NCBI GenBank assembly: GCA_030770535.1
Contig: JASVEC010000017.1
Span: forward strand, 186,001 to 250,000
Direction of reading: 5' to 3'
DNA length: 64,000 bases
From: Batkoa obscura
Lineage: Eukaryota
Below, piece after piece: positions 13,848 through 26,422 of the stretch. The notes beneath the pieces are model-generated. The model was not told the DNA's origin, did no database searches, and saw nothing but the letters and a program-made list of their open reading frames with translations. Positions within the stretch are counted from its first letter, which is position 1. Each line of letters starts with the position of its first letter. A program made the translations under genes and the position numbers.

Positions 13848-14536
13848 TATGTTTTGCTTATAACTAGAATTAATAAAGAAAAATTATAATAAATAGCTTA
13901 ATAATAGAAATTAGTTAAAATTTAATATTTTTTAAAGCATTATTATTTATTCAGGTTATTTTTTGATCTCCGTGCTAAATCAATCTTTAGATTTAACTAT
14001 TAGGATGTTAGTAAAATATTAAATTACTAAACGTTGATATTAAACTGATGGCGGATAGTTCTAACGTTTTAATATTTAGGTTTTTTAAGTTATTTTTTTT
14101 TGAAATCTTTATCTTATTTTTGATGGAAGTTGGGATCTCAGAGTTTATTAAATAAATTAGTAAACTTGTTAAATTTAGTATATGATAAAATCATTTTTAA
14201 TAAAGCTATTAATTCTCCTTTAATAAGTTTATTTGGATTTTTAAAATTATTCAAACTTGATTTTAAAAAAATCAGTTTTAGTTGCTATTTTACAAAATTT
14301 GAATTTTAGCTAAAAATTTAAATCTAAATCTACTACTTTGACTTTAATAATCTTATAAAAATAACTACAACTATATCATTTTACTACTTCATCTTTTATT
14401 TTGTATATACAACATTTAAAGTTTATCTAATCCACTTATTAAAAAAGAGTTAACTTTTTAAGATTAAGACTTTGTTGCATAATATTTTGCAAAGTCAGAG
14501 GGGACACAAAATGGTTTCTGCTACATAGCAACTTTG

Positions 14537-14696
14537 CAGTTACTACAACTCTATTGTGACCTAATAGACGGTTATTTTTAAAGCCAGTTATTTGCTTATT
14601 TGGTTTTTTAAAACATATTAAATTTTAACATGAATTTATCAAAATTTTCTTCATAAATAAACAGTTAACTAAGTCATATTAGAGTTGTAGCAGCTG
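14537..14696. mobile_element. Tc1/mariner-type MITE, ~160 bp
   Basis: ~40-bp imperfect TIRs (CAGTTACTACAACTCTATTGTGACC vs reverse complement CAGCTGCTACAACTCTAATATGACT); TA on the right flank, TG on the left. Confidence 0.65.
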
Positions 14697-15826
14697 TAAT
14701 CTTCAATACTTTTATTGATATTTATTGAATACAATTATAATGCTATTTAATAGACTATTTAAGCTTAAAATTTATTTGATATTATAGTTAGTAACATTGT
14801 TTCATTTATTATTTAAGTAGCTATAAAAAAGCAAACGACTTTGAATCAAAACGCAATGCTAAAAATTGTCTCAATTTTTCAATAAAATAGATTTGGTAAG
14901 CTTATAGTGCTTAGAAGTATCAAATTAAACAAATTACAATATTATATACTTAAAAGTTTATATCACAAGGATATCTATCCCTATCACAATTGTCATTGAA
15001 GTCACATTCTATTCTTCCAGTATATTTGGATCAAACGTTTCTACACTCATAGTTAGTGAAACATGATGGGCTGTTAAAGCCTTTGAGATTGAGTTTTAAA
15101 AAGACATTGAAAGCTACATTAGCTGTAAAATCTTTGAATCCTCGGGTCATTTTTTTCTGGTAATGTATACCATTATTCCTTATTTAGTAATTTAATGAAC
15201 GATACTATTTTTGTCTTAATTATTGTGAACACTATTAAATATCAAGTTTAGAGTATAACATTTATTGATTTATTTCTATTATAAAAATATAACAATGACT
15301 AAGTTTTTTGAACCTTCAAGACAATTTTGACGGTTAGTGTAAATCATTGTTTGGGTTGCACTTTTATTATTTGATCTTTATATGTGGAATTTTATTTAAT
15401 GCTCCATATACATTCTCTTGTAGCTTTAGTAAAACTACACCAAAATTTTTATACACTTTTGTGCACTCTTTTCTCCGCTTCTTATACGAAAGTACTTAAC
15501 CTGTCACCTTTATAGTTAGAAATAAGTTCTTACAAAGATCTGACAGCTGACAGCTAGAAATATTTCTGATTCTAAATGCTTAGATTTATTTCAAAAAAGG
15601 TTAAATTATTTTTCACTTTAGCGAAAGCCCCTAAAAAAAAATTGCAAGGTTTTTTTAAAACCAAAGTTTTGTAGCATTTTATTTATGTAAACAAATCACA
15701 GGATTTTTCAAATTAACATTCCTATAGTGTACTATAAAACAGTAATTGCTATTGATATCTGTTAGAACCCTTGTAATTATATAAATAGAGACAATAAGTC
15801 AAGTATAATATTATAAATAAATTGAA

Positions 15827-16879
15827 ATGTTAAAATTTATTAAGTTATTCACATTTGCTTTAGGTGTATCTACTGCCGCTTCTTATAAAAATATTCATGT
15901 AAATGAATCATCAACTTCTGTAGCTGCTGTTAGACGCTCGGTTTCAGCTAAGAGCAACAACTTTTTATTAGGTGATATAGCCGACTTTGTTAAAGATTTA
16001 TATTTACCTAGTGTTATCCAAGATTTGCATAAATTTTTAATAAAGCTTCCACCAAAAAGATTAGCTTCTCCAAGAAATGTCAAACATGGTACCATTGAGG
16101 ATGTTCGTAAATATTTGTCTCGTTCGTTAATTTCTTCATGCCCAGCAGAGAAAATCCTTAATCTAGAATGTCTTTGCGAAAAGACATTTTCAAATATTAA
16201 GATTATAAAGGACGAAGACAGCCGCTCATTGGTAACTGTTACTACCGATGATAGATATAATTTAATTATTGTTTCTTATCGTGCCTCCTTAACTGCTCAA
16301 AACTGGCTTACTAATTTTGAATATCCTATGATTGATTTTCCTAATGCAAAACCTGGTGTAAAAGTACACCACGGGTTTTATTCTAACCACCGTTCCAGTT
16401 ATGTTCCTGTAAAAAATGCTGTTGTTGAGCTACTTAACAATCCCAAGTATAAAAATTTTACACTACACATAACTGGGTATAGTTTAGGAGCCTCAACCGC
16501 AACAGTTTCGCTTCCAGATTGGGTTTCGCTTCTTAAATCAAGAAATGATCAAAGAAAGATACAAGCTTATGTCTATGCTTCTCCTCGTCCGGGGAATGAA
16601 GAATTTGCTCAGTACATTGCAGAGTTAGACGTGCCTATAACTTTATACACTAATAGAAATGATATTGTTTCTCATGTTCCACCAAGATCTATGGGCTATG
16701 TCCATGCTGCGCCGGAAATTCATGAAAGACATATTGGGTTGGGTAGAACTGAGTTAGTTGAGTGTAGCCAAGAATACGACGAAGATCCAAACTGTGGTTA
16801 TAAAGAAACTTTCCCGATATCGGTAGTTATGCATTTATTACCTTTAAATGGATTGGTGCCCTTACCTCCGTACTGTTAA
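15827..16879 (+). CDS. Secreted class-3 lipase (alpha/beta hydrolase)
   Basis: Signal peptide; VSYRAS, VKVHHGFY, nucleophile elbow TGYSLGA, YASPRPGNEEFA, NDIVSHVPP, GYVH..PE. Confidence 0.92.
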   Translation: MLKFIKLFTFALGVSTAASYKNIHVNESSTSVAAVRRSVSAKSNNFLLGDIADFVKDLYLPSVIQDLHKFLIKLPPKRLASPRNVKHGTIEDVRKYLSRSLISSCPAEKILNLECLCEKTFSNIKIIKDEDSRSLVTVTTDDRYNLIIVSYRASLTAQNWLTNFEYPMIDFPNAKPGVKVHHGFYSNHRSSYVPVKNAVVELLNNPKYKNFTLHITGYSLGASTATVSLPDWVSLLKSRNDQRKIQAYVYASPRPGNEEFAQYIAELDVPITLYTNRNDIVSHVPPRSMGYVHAAPEIHERHIGLGRTELVECSQEYDEDPNCGYKETFPISVVMHLLPLNGLVPLPPYC

Positions 16880-18387
16880 GAATAAACATTTATTTTTGAA
16901 AATAAGTAGCTCAATTTTATTTATTTTTTCATTTGACTTATTATTTTTATGTAAAATTTTATTTGCAATTAGATGAAGCATTTATGACTCCAGGGTTCTT
17001 AAAATGGTTCTTTTAGTTCATGATTTTTATTTCCTTACTGTATTCTAGGTTGGGTCAATTCATTAGGTTTTTTGGTTTCTTCGTTTCATATTATTTCCCT
17101 TTCTTTATTGTCCCCCTATAGATCACCGTGAGTCCTTTTTAACAGATCTTTTCAGAGGTAAAGCGAGGAGTTACTACTCATAGCTATATCATCAATTTTT
17201 ATTAGAAAAAAATAGCTTTTGATATATGAAGTTTTTGAGTTGGAACCTGGCATTCTGGGTTTGGAGCTTGTTGAAAAAACTGGGTTTAGTCCATTGAAAG
17301 GTAGTGAATAGGGATGTTATTTTAATTCATCACTCACATATAATTTTACACAACTTCACGTTGCTTAAAAAATTGAAAGTAATGAAACAAAAAAAGGCAT
17401 TTCGAAATTATAAATTACACTATAATCAACATTTATTAATTTCAAAACTGATTTATTGTACAAAAAAGTGAAAGCGATAAAGCGCAATCTAGGGCATGAG
17501 CAATATTCAACATTAATTCTCATGGCTAAAGCAAGGATAGTTAATTTAGAACGGAATATGTCAGCTATTTAATGTTAAATATCAAATTAATATTAGCTAA
17601 ATATATAAGTTTTTATGCGGTTAATGTTTATATCATCACTGTCATAAAAATAAAACAAATAATATTGAAGACAGTTAAATCCACCTTATCCTATTTAATA
17701 ACATAAATCATTAAAGGACATATCTTTACTCTCTTTCAATTATTTTTCCATTTTTATGTCTACATTTTAAACAGACTATTAATCAAGTTAAACTTTTAAA
17801 TATATGCTCACCTTTACAGACTTAAACGCTAAATTTAGTAATTATCTCAAAATTAAAAAGATATTAACTCTAGTTTGATAATTTACCCTTTCCACTATAA
17901 TTTCTGTAGGAAATTCGATGGTTAAATATGGAAAGTAAAATTTAAAAACAAAATAGAAAAACTAAATTGATATATAAATAATCTTTATTTATAATAATAA
18001 ATTACTATTTATAAATTACTGTTTGAAATAAAAGTTATAATAGGATCATAATTGACTTTGATATTATTTTGATTTTTCTATCGTTTTTAATTCAACAAAA
18101 ACATTTAAACTACAGATAAAAAAGTATATAGAAATCAACTAAAAGTGCTATCAACCGTTGAACTGAATGAAGCCTAAGGTTTTAGAAGAAAAGTTAAACA
18201 ATAATAGTATAAAGTCAGAAAAAAGACAATTAATAAGCTATTTCGAACAGGAGAATGTACGAGGGAGGCGGAGGCTTTAATAGTGCCACCCTGAAAAAGA
18301 ACAAAAATCAACCAGTTTTTTTTAAATAAAAGCAAAATATCTGTAGCACTATATGACTTAATTTTCGCCGGTTTAATATATCTTAAG

Positions 18388-19281
18388 ATGCATGAATTAG
18401 TCCCTTATAGCAAAATAAAGGAGTCTGATAATATGCCACCTCGAATTGAATTGGAAAGAAATGAAGAAGAGTATAAAGAGTTGGTTTCGATTTATTCAAA
18501 ACAGGTTATAGAGAATAAAGAGCATACTAATAAGATACTTAAATTTATCAATAAAATGAGCTTGGAAGGAGGAATGACGTTAGCTTTGGAAGTTGCTTTG
18601 ATAGATAATAGAGAACCAACTACTATCGGTTTGCCTAGTAAAGAGCCGTTTTCTTACAAAAAACATACTCATCCTTTTAGATGGTAAACTATTTGTTTCT
18701 ACAATCATCTTTAATGTAGCTAATATACCAGACTCTTTGGCTGTTCTTTTATCGCATGAGGTAAACAACTTTGATTCTTAATAAGCGGATTCTAGCACTT
18801 CTTTAGATAACATACATTCCCTATAGGTCTATACAGAAAAAATAGTTTATAAAGAGTTTATTAGTAGAATAAATTCATAACTTTTAAATAAAATCTTTTT
18901 ATTAAACTCGTTAGACAACAAACATCTTCTTACTTTTGCTATTGTTTGATAATAATGATCAAACTAGAGAACACCATAAAGTTATAAAGGGTAAAGGGCT
19001 ATTTTATCGGTTATCATGGATTTGACTTTGCTTAGAAAAGAGCTGGCTCATACCCTACAGTGAGTTGTGTTAGTTAGAAGCTGATAAGCTAGACCTGGAA
19101 CTAGGTGCTAAAGCTTATTTTCACGCTTTCGAAGGTAACAACATATGATCTATAACAGCAACTAACATTAATTCATTCATTAGCTCCTGGAATATATTCC
19201 AAACTGGAAGAGTTAAAAAATAAGATAGGGTATGGACAGTGTTTAAAATTACATCCTATGACCAAAGAGAGGTTAAATTAA
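18388..19281 (+). pseudogene. Oma1-like M48 metallopeptidase pseudogene
   Basis: Across frameshifts and stops: LDGKLFVSTIIFNVANIPDSLAVLLSHE, IPYSELC*LEADKLDLELGAKAYF and LHPMTKERL match M48 motifs LPGGKVFV..LA.VL.HE, PFSR..E.EAD..G...AKA and THP...R. Confidence 0.75.
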
Positions 19282-20753
19282 ATCAAAGTGTATCAGATGG
19301 ATTGCTTTAATTTCATTAGTGCAATTATTTACAAATTTTGTATTTTTTATATACAAAGCTCAAACAGCTTTTTGTTTATTCAGTAAAATTGTTTTTATGT
19401 AAAAATAAAGTATACTAAAAAATATTGACTCGATCTATTTTAGTTTATATCAAATTCGCTCCTTCTGCTGTTTAAGACTCGTCATCATCCCAATATACTC
19501 CTGTTTGAGGTGCGTTATAAAACTCTTCCTTTACAGCTAATAAGCAGTACAGGATTCGACTTAATTTCAAAAAACAGTAGCTTAATTATTTATAGACAAA
19601 GGTCATTATAAGTTATAGATAACTTTATAGCCCTAAATTCATTCAATGTTTATCTAAGTTCTTGAGCATTGGAAACTTTTACAAAAAGCGTCGTTGCAGT
19701 TAATCCCTTGAGATAATAGTCTGGATATATCCATTGGTAGGACTTAATGAATTCAAAAAAATTGGGGAGCTTTTTTTTGCTTCAGTATTAGCTAATGGCT
19801 TTTTAAAAAAATTATTTTAAATAAAAGTGAAAAAAATATTCCCTCACTTATTCTCAACAGATTTGCTAAAAAATATATACTTTTCAATATGTAAAATACC
19901 AAAACAAGATAAAAATTTCAATATACTCAATTTTTATGTATTAGTAACAATTTATTGGTCCTAGTTTAAAAGGGGGAAATGGATTCTGAATAATAGAGTA
20001 GAGTTGTAGATTAATGTAAGAATGAATTTTGTATCATTGTACAAATATAAACTTAGAGTTTACTAGTGATAAATTAGCCCAAAAATAAATATATGGAAAT
20101 TTAGAAATTTAATGAATAAATGATAAAAGAATATCATATAAAGGTACATATAACTTTTAGTTGTTCTACCTTTAAGTTTTAAATTCTTTGCATCTCTTCT
20201 TTAATAAACCATACACCTTATATGGAACCTTTAACAACCTCTCGAATTTTCATTGATAAGAAAAGCGAGTGAAACGAAAAAACCAGAAATTGTGATCAAA
20301 CTGCTGGAGCATAATTTGTTAACTAGGGAATACTAACAACTAAATAATATTAAATACTGTAATTAAAACAAATAAAATATAAAACTTATATATCAACTTG
20401 CTAATCTTTATTCTACATCATTTTAGTAGCATTTATAGTTTTAGAAAATAGGTTTAGAGCATTATGATATAAATAAGAATATATCATATATACAGGATCT
20501 ATTAATGTTCCTCCATAATTTGTAAAATGCTATATTAGGATACAGAATATAGCACATGCATTAAACACAAGGTAAGAGAATGTATTAAAATCAACTCAGT
20601 ATAAGAACATAGAACCAATTTCGATTTTGTATTAAGTTAACTCAATCAAAAAATAAACCACTAACAAAACAAACATGGGTTTTTACAAGTATAAAAGCAA
20701 ACTATAGAGTAGGCAAACAAAAATAATTCAATAAAATAAAAAACAAAAACAAC

Positions 20754-22349
20754 ATGAGTATTATTGATTTTAGCAACAAAACCATCCAAGAGTTAAGTTT
20801 AGGAATAACTGAAAGGCGCTGGAAAGCGATTGAAATATTAAATCATTTTCAACAACAAGCCTGTTTAGCCCATGAAAAAGCGAATTGTGTAACGGTGTTT
20901 ATGAATGGATACAGCGAAAAAGCAGCTAACGAAATTGATGCCAGCATAAAAGCTGGTAAAGAATATAATTTAAAAGAGTACCCATTACTAGGTATTCCGG
21001 TATCCATAAAAGATATATTAGATGTAGAAGGGTACGCCACTGTCGCCGCATACCAAATGAACGTAGGAGAAATAGAAAAAGAAGACGCTGGTATGGTAAA
21101 ATTGATTAAACAATTAGGTGGTATTCCATTTTGTAAAACAACGATATGTCAATTTGCAATTACTACCGAAAGTTCAAGTTCTTTACACGGTACCACATAC
21201 AATGCTTATAATCCAAAATATTCAGCAGGTGGTAGTAGTTCTGGTGAAGGTCCTTTGATTGCTTTAAAAGGCTCTCTTTTAGGTATTGGTTCCGATGCTG
21301 GTGGAAGCTTAAGATACCCTTCGGCTTGGAATGGGCTTTACTGCTTTAAATCTACTTCCAATATTTTGCCAGCGAATGGTAGTTTTAAGTTTGAAAGAGG
21401 TCAAACATTCATTAAAATAGTGCCAGGACACATAGCTAGCAATATGGCTGATTTAAAGTATGTATGGGATGCCTTTTTAAGCAAAGATTTACAACCTTTT
21501 GATCCTAATTGTATACCATTAGCTAAGAAGGAGCCATCTATTAAGAAGAAGAGATTCGGTTACTTTACCTCTTGTGATAGCTTACCTTCTACACCAGCTG
21601 TACAAAGAGCAGTCAATGAAGCTGTACAAGCATTACAAAACCAAGGATACCAAGCAATAGAATTTAAACCTACCTCAATGATCGATATATATAGTCTAGG
21701 TAGTAAGATCTTTGGGGCCAACTCAAGTGAAGAAAGCTTTAGTAAAGTAACTAGTGAAGAGTATCATCAAACGATCCGTCAACTCGCGTTTCTTGCTAAG
21801 TTACCAGAGTTTATAAAGTCCAGCTTAGCCTACGTTTTAAATTTACTTGGTGAAAAATTGTTGTGGCATGGGATTAACATCCAAAAAAAAAGAAATGTTG
21901 CAGAGCTTTGGAGTATACAGGATAATATAGAAAAATTATTTACTGAATTCACAAAACATTATGAAGAATTGGATATCGAATTTTTGATCTCTCCAGTACA
22001 TGGCCTCCCTGGTCATAAACATGGTGAGTTTATAAAAACTGTTCCCGGCACTTCCTACTCTACATACTTTAACCTTTTAAATTTACCATCAGGTGTAATA
22101 CCAGTTACCAACGTTGACCCTAAATTGGATTCTTTTGAATTGAAGGAGTGGTTAAATGATAAAATTAACAATGGTCTTAACTTAGGAAGGAAGGGTTTAA
22201 GTGATCTATATGGCTGTTATGATGCTACTGAAATGAAGGGTCTTCCAGTTGGATTACAAGTTAGCTGTAAAAGATATGAAGATTCTAAAGTATTAGAAGC
22301 TATGCAGGCAGTGGATGATGCTATAAAAGAGTTCAAGAAAAAAAATTAA
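20754..22349 (+). CDS. Amidase-signature family enzyme (FAAH/acetamidase-like), copy 1
   Basis: GIPVSIKD (Lys), GGSSSGEG and GIGSDAGGSLRYP (Ser-cisSer-Lys triad), GLPVGLQV. Confidence 0.93.
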   Translation: MSIIDFSNKTIQELSLGITERRWKAIEILNHFQQQACLAHEKANCVTVFMNGYSEKAANEIDASIKAGKEYNLKEYPLLGIPVSIKDILDVEGYATVAAYQMNVGEIEKEDAGMVKLIKQLGGIPFCKTTICQFAITTESSSSLHGTTYNAYNPKYSAGGSSSGEGPLIALKGSLLGIGSDAGGSLRYPSAWNGLYCFKSTSNILPANGSFKFERGQTFIKIVPGHIASNMADLKYVWDAFLSKDLQPFDPNCIPLAKKEPSIKKKRFGYFTSCDSLPSTPAVQRAVNEAVQALQNQGYQAIEFKPTSMIDIYSLGSKIFGANSSEESFSKVTSEEYHQTIRQLAFLAKLPEFIKSSLAYVLNLLGEKLLWHGINIQKKRNVAELWSIQDNIEKLFTEFTKHYEELDIEFLISPVHGLPGHKHGEFIKTVPGTSYSTYFNLLNLPSGVIPVTNVDPKLDSFELKEWLNDKINNGLNLGRKGLSDLYGCYDATEMKGLPVGLQVSCKRYEDSKVLEAMQAVDDAIKEFKKKN

Positions 22350-23868
22350 GTCCTTTATATAAAATCATCAGTATAAATTTTTTATGAATCTTAATCATAC
22401 AATTTCTTAACAAACTTTGCAAACCTTAGCACCTAAATATTTAATATCAGATTCATAAAATAGGATATATGCTGTACTTAAAAAAGAGCCCTGAGTTCAG
22501 AAATACAATTTTGGATATGGGATTTAAGAGAAGTCTTCAGAAATAATTTTAAAAGTCAGAAAAAGTATTTAGAGATATAAAAAAACACAAGCAGATGATT
22601 GTTTTTGCTCTCTTTCTTATAGGATAAAAAAATTTATAGACCTTTTGTGATTTTTAAAAAAATCATTTCTCCATAAAATTAACATACATGAGGTAGATTC
22701 AAATCCTATTAATTGTTAAACCCTCTGTTCCTCAAACCGTATCAAAAGCTGCGCAACAATTGTCCTGTGCTGTAGCATTGTACTGTTTTTTTTTGTCTCT
22801 TGTTTTATTTAACGAACCTCGAAGTTCTTGATAAAAACATCAATTTTTACCACTTTTGAAATGTCAAAATTAGTGAAAAGCTGTCTATTATATACCTTTC
22901 TACGAAAAACTAACATAAACTTGGTTATTTTATTAGTGTAGCTTTCAAATTTTTCAACTCTGCCTCATATTATTTATAATGAAAGCTAACTTATCAAATA
23001 TTTAAGCTATCCTTATACGCCTGTTGAATAACTTAAATTTGAAAAGTGTCAAATTATTTTTAAGTTACATGTTTGAAATGGTCTTAAATTCTAAATATAT
23101 CCTTTTAAATCCTTGTATTTAATAACTAATATTTTCCGAAAGAGCATCTTTTTATATATGCTGTTAGAAATTCGTACACTTTAATACTAAATCACGTTAA
23201 AAAGGTATAATACAGTCAAAACATTTATATTTTCAAATTAAAGTTTCCTAAATTTCAGTTAAAGTAGGATTATTTTTTATTTTTTTAAAATTTTCAATAT
23301 TAACATCTAAATGAGAGGTGAAGATAAAGAGCTGAAGTTATTATACATAAGAAGACCTAAGTAGCTTTATTAGGCCTTAAAATTTTGTAATGACTAATAG
23401 TATGTTTGGAATATTATATGACTTTTTCTTAAAAAATTTTGCTAATCCTATAGCTCAAAAAAGGGAAAAATAGGTCTGGAACAAAGGAGGAGAATTATAG
23501 ATTGATGTAAGGATATATTTCATAGCATTGTGCAAGTGTAAATTCGGGATTTATTAGCGATCATTTAAAGATCAAAAATAAATACATGAGAACTTGAAAA
23601 TTTGTAAAACGAAATGGTAAAAATGTACTATTAAAATTATATAAAATGTATAAAGTCGTTCTATTCTAAGTTTTAAATTCTTTAAAATTTAACTTTGCCA
23701 ATTTATGCACCCTGGGCGTGTAACCCTTAACCATTTCTCAGATTTTCATTTGACAAAAAGCGAGGCTTATGCAAAGACTAGAAATAACAATCAATAAACC
23801 TTAATTTTTAGAGTATAAAAACTAGCCACATCACAGAATTAATTGATTTTTAAAAAACAAAACCAAAG

Positions 23869-25464
23869 ATGAGCACTACTGATTTCAGTAACAAAACGAT
23901 ACGAGAGTTAAGTTCAGGGATAGTTGAAAAACACTGGGAAGCGATAGAAGTATTAAAGTACTTTCAACAACAAGCCCGTTTAGCCCATGAAAAAGCAAAT
24001 TGTGTAACGGTATTTATGGATGAGTATAGTGAAAAGGCAGCCGCCGAAATTGATGCTAACATAAAATCAGGTAAAGAATACGATTTAAATAGGTTCCCAC
24101 TTTTAGGTGTTCCAGTATCCATAAAAGATTTATTTGACGTGGAAGGGTATGATACTGTTGCCACGTATAAAGCTAATATAGGGAAAAGAGCAAACGAAGA
24201 TGCTGGCATTGTGAAGCTAATCAAACAATTAGGCGGTATTCCATTTTGTAAAACAACAATATGTCAATTCGCAATTACTACAGAGAGTTCAAGCTCATTA
24301 TATGGTACCACACACAATGCCTATAACCCAAAATATTCAGCAGGTGGTAGTAGCTCAGGCGAAGGCCCTTTAATCTCTTTGAAAGGCTCTCTTTTAGGTA
24401 TTGGTTCTGACGTTGGTGGAAGTTTAAGATACCCAGCAGCTTGGAACGGGATCTATTCTGTTAAACCTAGTTTCAATGTTTTACCAGCAAATGGTAGTTT
24501 CATCTTTGAAAGAGGTCAAGCCTTCATTAAAGTGGTATCAGGGCCTATGGCCAGCAATATGGCTGATTTAAAGTATGTATGGGATGCCTTTTTAAGCAAA
24601 GATTTACAACCTTTTGATCCTAATTGTATACCATTAGCTAAGAAGGAGCCATCTATTAAGAAGAAGAGATTCGGTTACTTTACCTCTTGTGATAGCTTAC
24701 CTTCTACACCAGCTGTACAAAGAGCAGTCAATGAAGCTGTACAAGCATTACAAAACCAAGGATACCAAGCAATAGAATTTAAACCTACCTCAATGATCGA
24801 TATATATAGTCTAGGTAGTAAGATCCTTGGAGCCAATTCAAGTGAAGAAAGCCTAAACAAAGTAACTTCAGAAGGATACCATCCAACAATCCAGCAATTG
24901 ATATTTTTTACAAAACTACCGGGATTTGTAAAGTCCAGCTTAGCCTACGTTTTAAATTTACTTGGTGAAAAATTGTTGTGGCATGGGATTAACATCCAAA
25001 AAAAAAGAAACGTTGCAGAGCTTTGGAATATGCAACATGAGATAGAAACTTACTTTACTGAATTTACAAAACATTATGAAGAATTGGATATCGAATTTTT
25101 GATCTCTCCAGTACATGGCCTCCCTGGTCATAAACATGGTGAGTTTATGAAAAATGTTCCTGCCACCGCCTATTCTTTATACTTTAACCTTTTAAATTTA
25201 CCATCAGGTATAATACCAGTTACCAACGTTGACCCTAAATTGGATTCTTTTGAATTGAAGGAGTGGTTAAATGATAAAATTAACAATGGTCTTAACTTAG
25301 GAAGGAAGGGTTTAAGTGATCTATATGGCTGTTATGATGCTACTGAAATGAAGGGTCTTCCAGTTGGATTACAAGTTAGCTGTAAAAGATATGAAGATTC
25401 TAAAGTATTAGAAGCTATGCAGACGGTAGATGATGCTTTAAAAGAATATAAAAAGACAAATTGA
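23869..25464 (+). CDS. Amidase-signature family enzyme, copy 2 (tandem duplicate)
   Basis: Same 531-aa length and motifs as copy 1; upstream 23450-23770 resembles 19960-20290. Confidence 0.93.
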   Translation: MSTTDFSNKTIRELSSGIVEKHWEAIEVLKYFQQQARLAHEKANCVTVFMDEYSEKAAAEIDANIKSGKEYDLNRFPLLGVPVSIKDLFDVEGYDTVATYKANIGKRANEDAGIVKLIKQLGGIPFCKTTICQFAITTESSSSLYGTTHNAYNPKYSAGGSSSGEGPLISLKGSLLGIGSDVGGSLRYPAAWNGIYSVKPSFNVLPANGSFIFERGQAFIKVVSGPMASNMADLKYVWDAFLSKDLQPFDPNCIPLAKKEPSIKKKRFGYFTSCDSLPSTPAVQRAVNEAVQALQNQGYQAIEFKPTSMIDIYSLGSKILGANSSEESLNKVTSEGYHPTIQQLIFFTKLPGFVKSSLAYVLNLLGEKLLWHGINIQKKRNVAELWNMQHEIETYFTEFTKHYEELDIEFLISPVHGLPGHKHGEFMKNVPATAYSLYFNLLNLPSGIIPVTNVDPKLDSFELKEWLNDKINNGLNLGRKGLSDLYGCYDATEMKGLPVGLQVSCKRYEDSKVLEAMQTVDDALKEYKKTN

Positions 25465-25557
25465 AATTTCTTATAATAAACTATCATTGACTTATATGTA
25501 CATTGTTTATTAGCTACTTTTTTTATTTAAATACTGGATTTTACAACGCTAATTTAA

Positions 25558-25702
25558 CCCTTTCGGTCCCATGGACAAGGTATCTCGTCATGACTTTTTT
25601 TCCAGAGTTTGATTATGACAAGAAATCTTGTCCAATATGGGCCAGTTAACAAGAAATTAGGTTCAAGTGTTATTTTTCAAAATTTGCTTGGTATCGAAAG
25701 GG
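25558..25702. mobile_element. piggyBac-type MITE, ~145 bp
   Basis: TTAA|CCCTTTCGGTCCC ... GGTATCGAAAGGG|CTAA; internal inverted repeat ggacaaggtatctcgtcatga / ttatgacaagaaatcttgtcc. Confidence 0.7.
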
Positions 25703-26318
25703 CTAAATGCTGAATTTTTACTTCAGCTTTACTGCTTCGAAATTGAGGCTGTCACTCTGAAAAATGTTTTGCCAGTCGAAAAATTTCAGAATTCCGATTT
25801 ACAGCTGAAGTTCAATTGTGTAGTTTAGCTGCTTTTTCAAATAAAAAAAGATGAAACCAGCTAAAATCAAGTAATAATTTAAAGTAAAAGTATTTTTGTC
25901 ATATTTTAATAAAAACATAGTTTATAAATCAACTTATTGGTTTTTTATAAACTTATGGTAATTTCAATTGCTAAATTATTTTTATATTATTAAATTTAAA
26001 GTTTTCAAATTAAAAGTTTTTAATATTTTAGCTTTGTTTTATTTTAAAATTATCTGACTAACATTTTTGATTTTAATGTATTTTTAAGAATAATTTGATA
26101 TCATCTGTATAAAAACGAAACGTTAGAGATAATAATAATCAAATTGACAATATGTTAAATTATATTTATTTATAATTAAATAAGTAATTTTAATCAATTA
26201 AAATTATAATGAATTTAAGCTAAAATTCTAAATTTTAAAAACATAATTTTATAATTATCTAAAACATAAATTTAAGCTAAAAAAATTATAAGCAAACTAT
26301 ATTTAAAATCATATTATT

Positions 26319-26422
26319 ATATGTGGATGTATTTTTTTGTTTAACAATTTTACTAACAATTTCTCCACTCAAATAGCGCTTAAAAAATAGAAAAAGCGAT
26401 GAAATTAAAAACATCCCCATAT
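26319..26422 (-). mobile_element. Family-A MITE
   Basis: Same core and termini. Confidence 0.85.
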
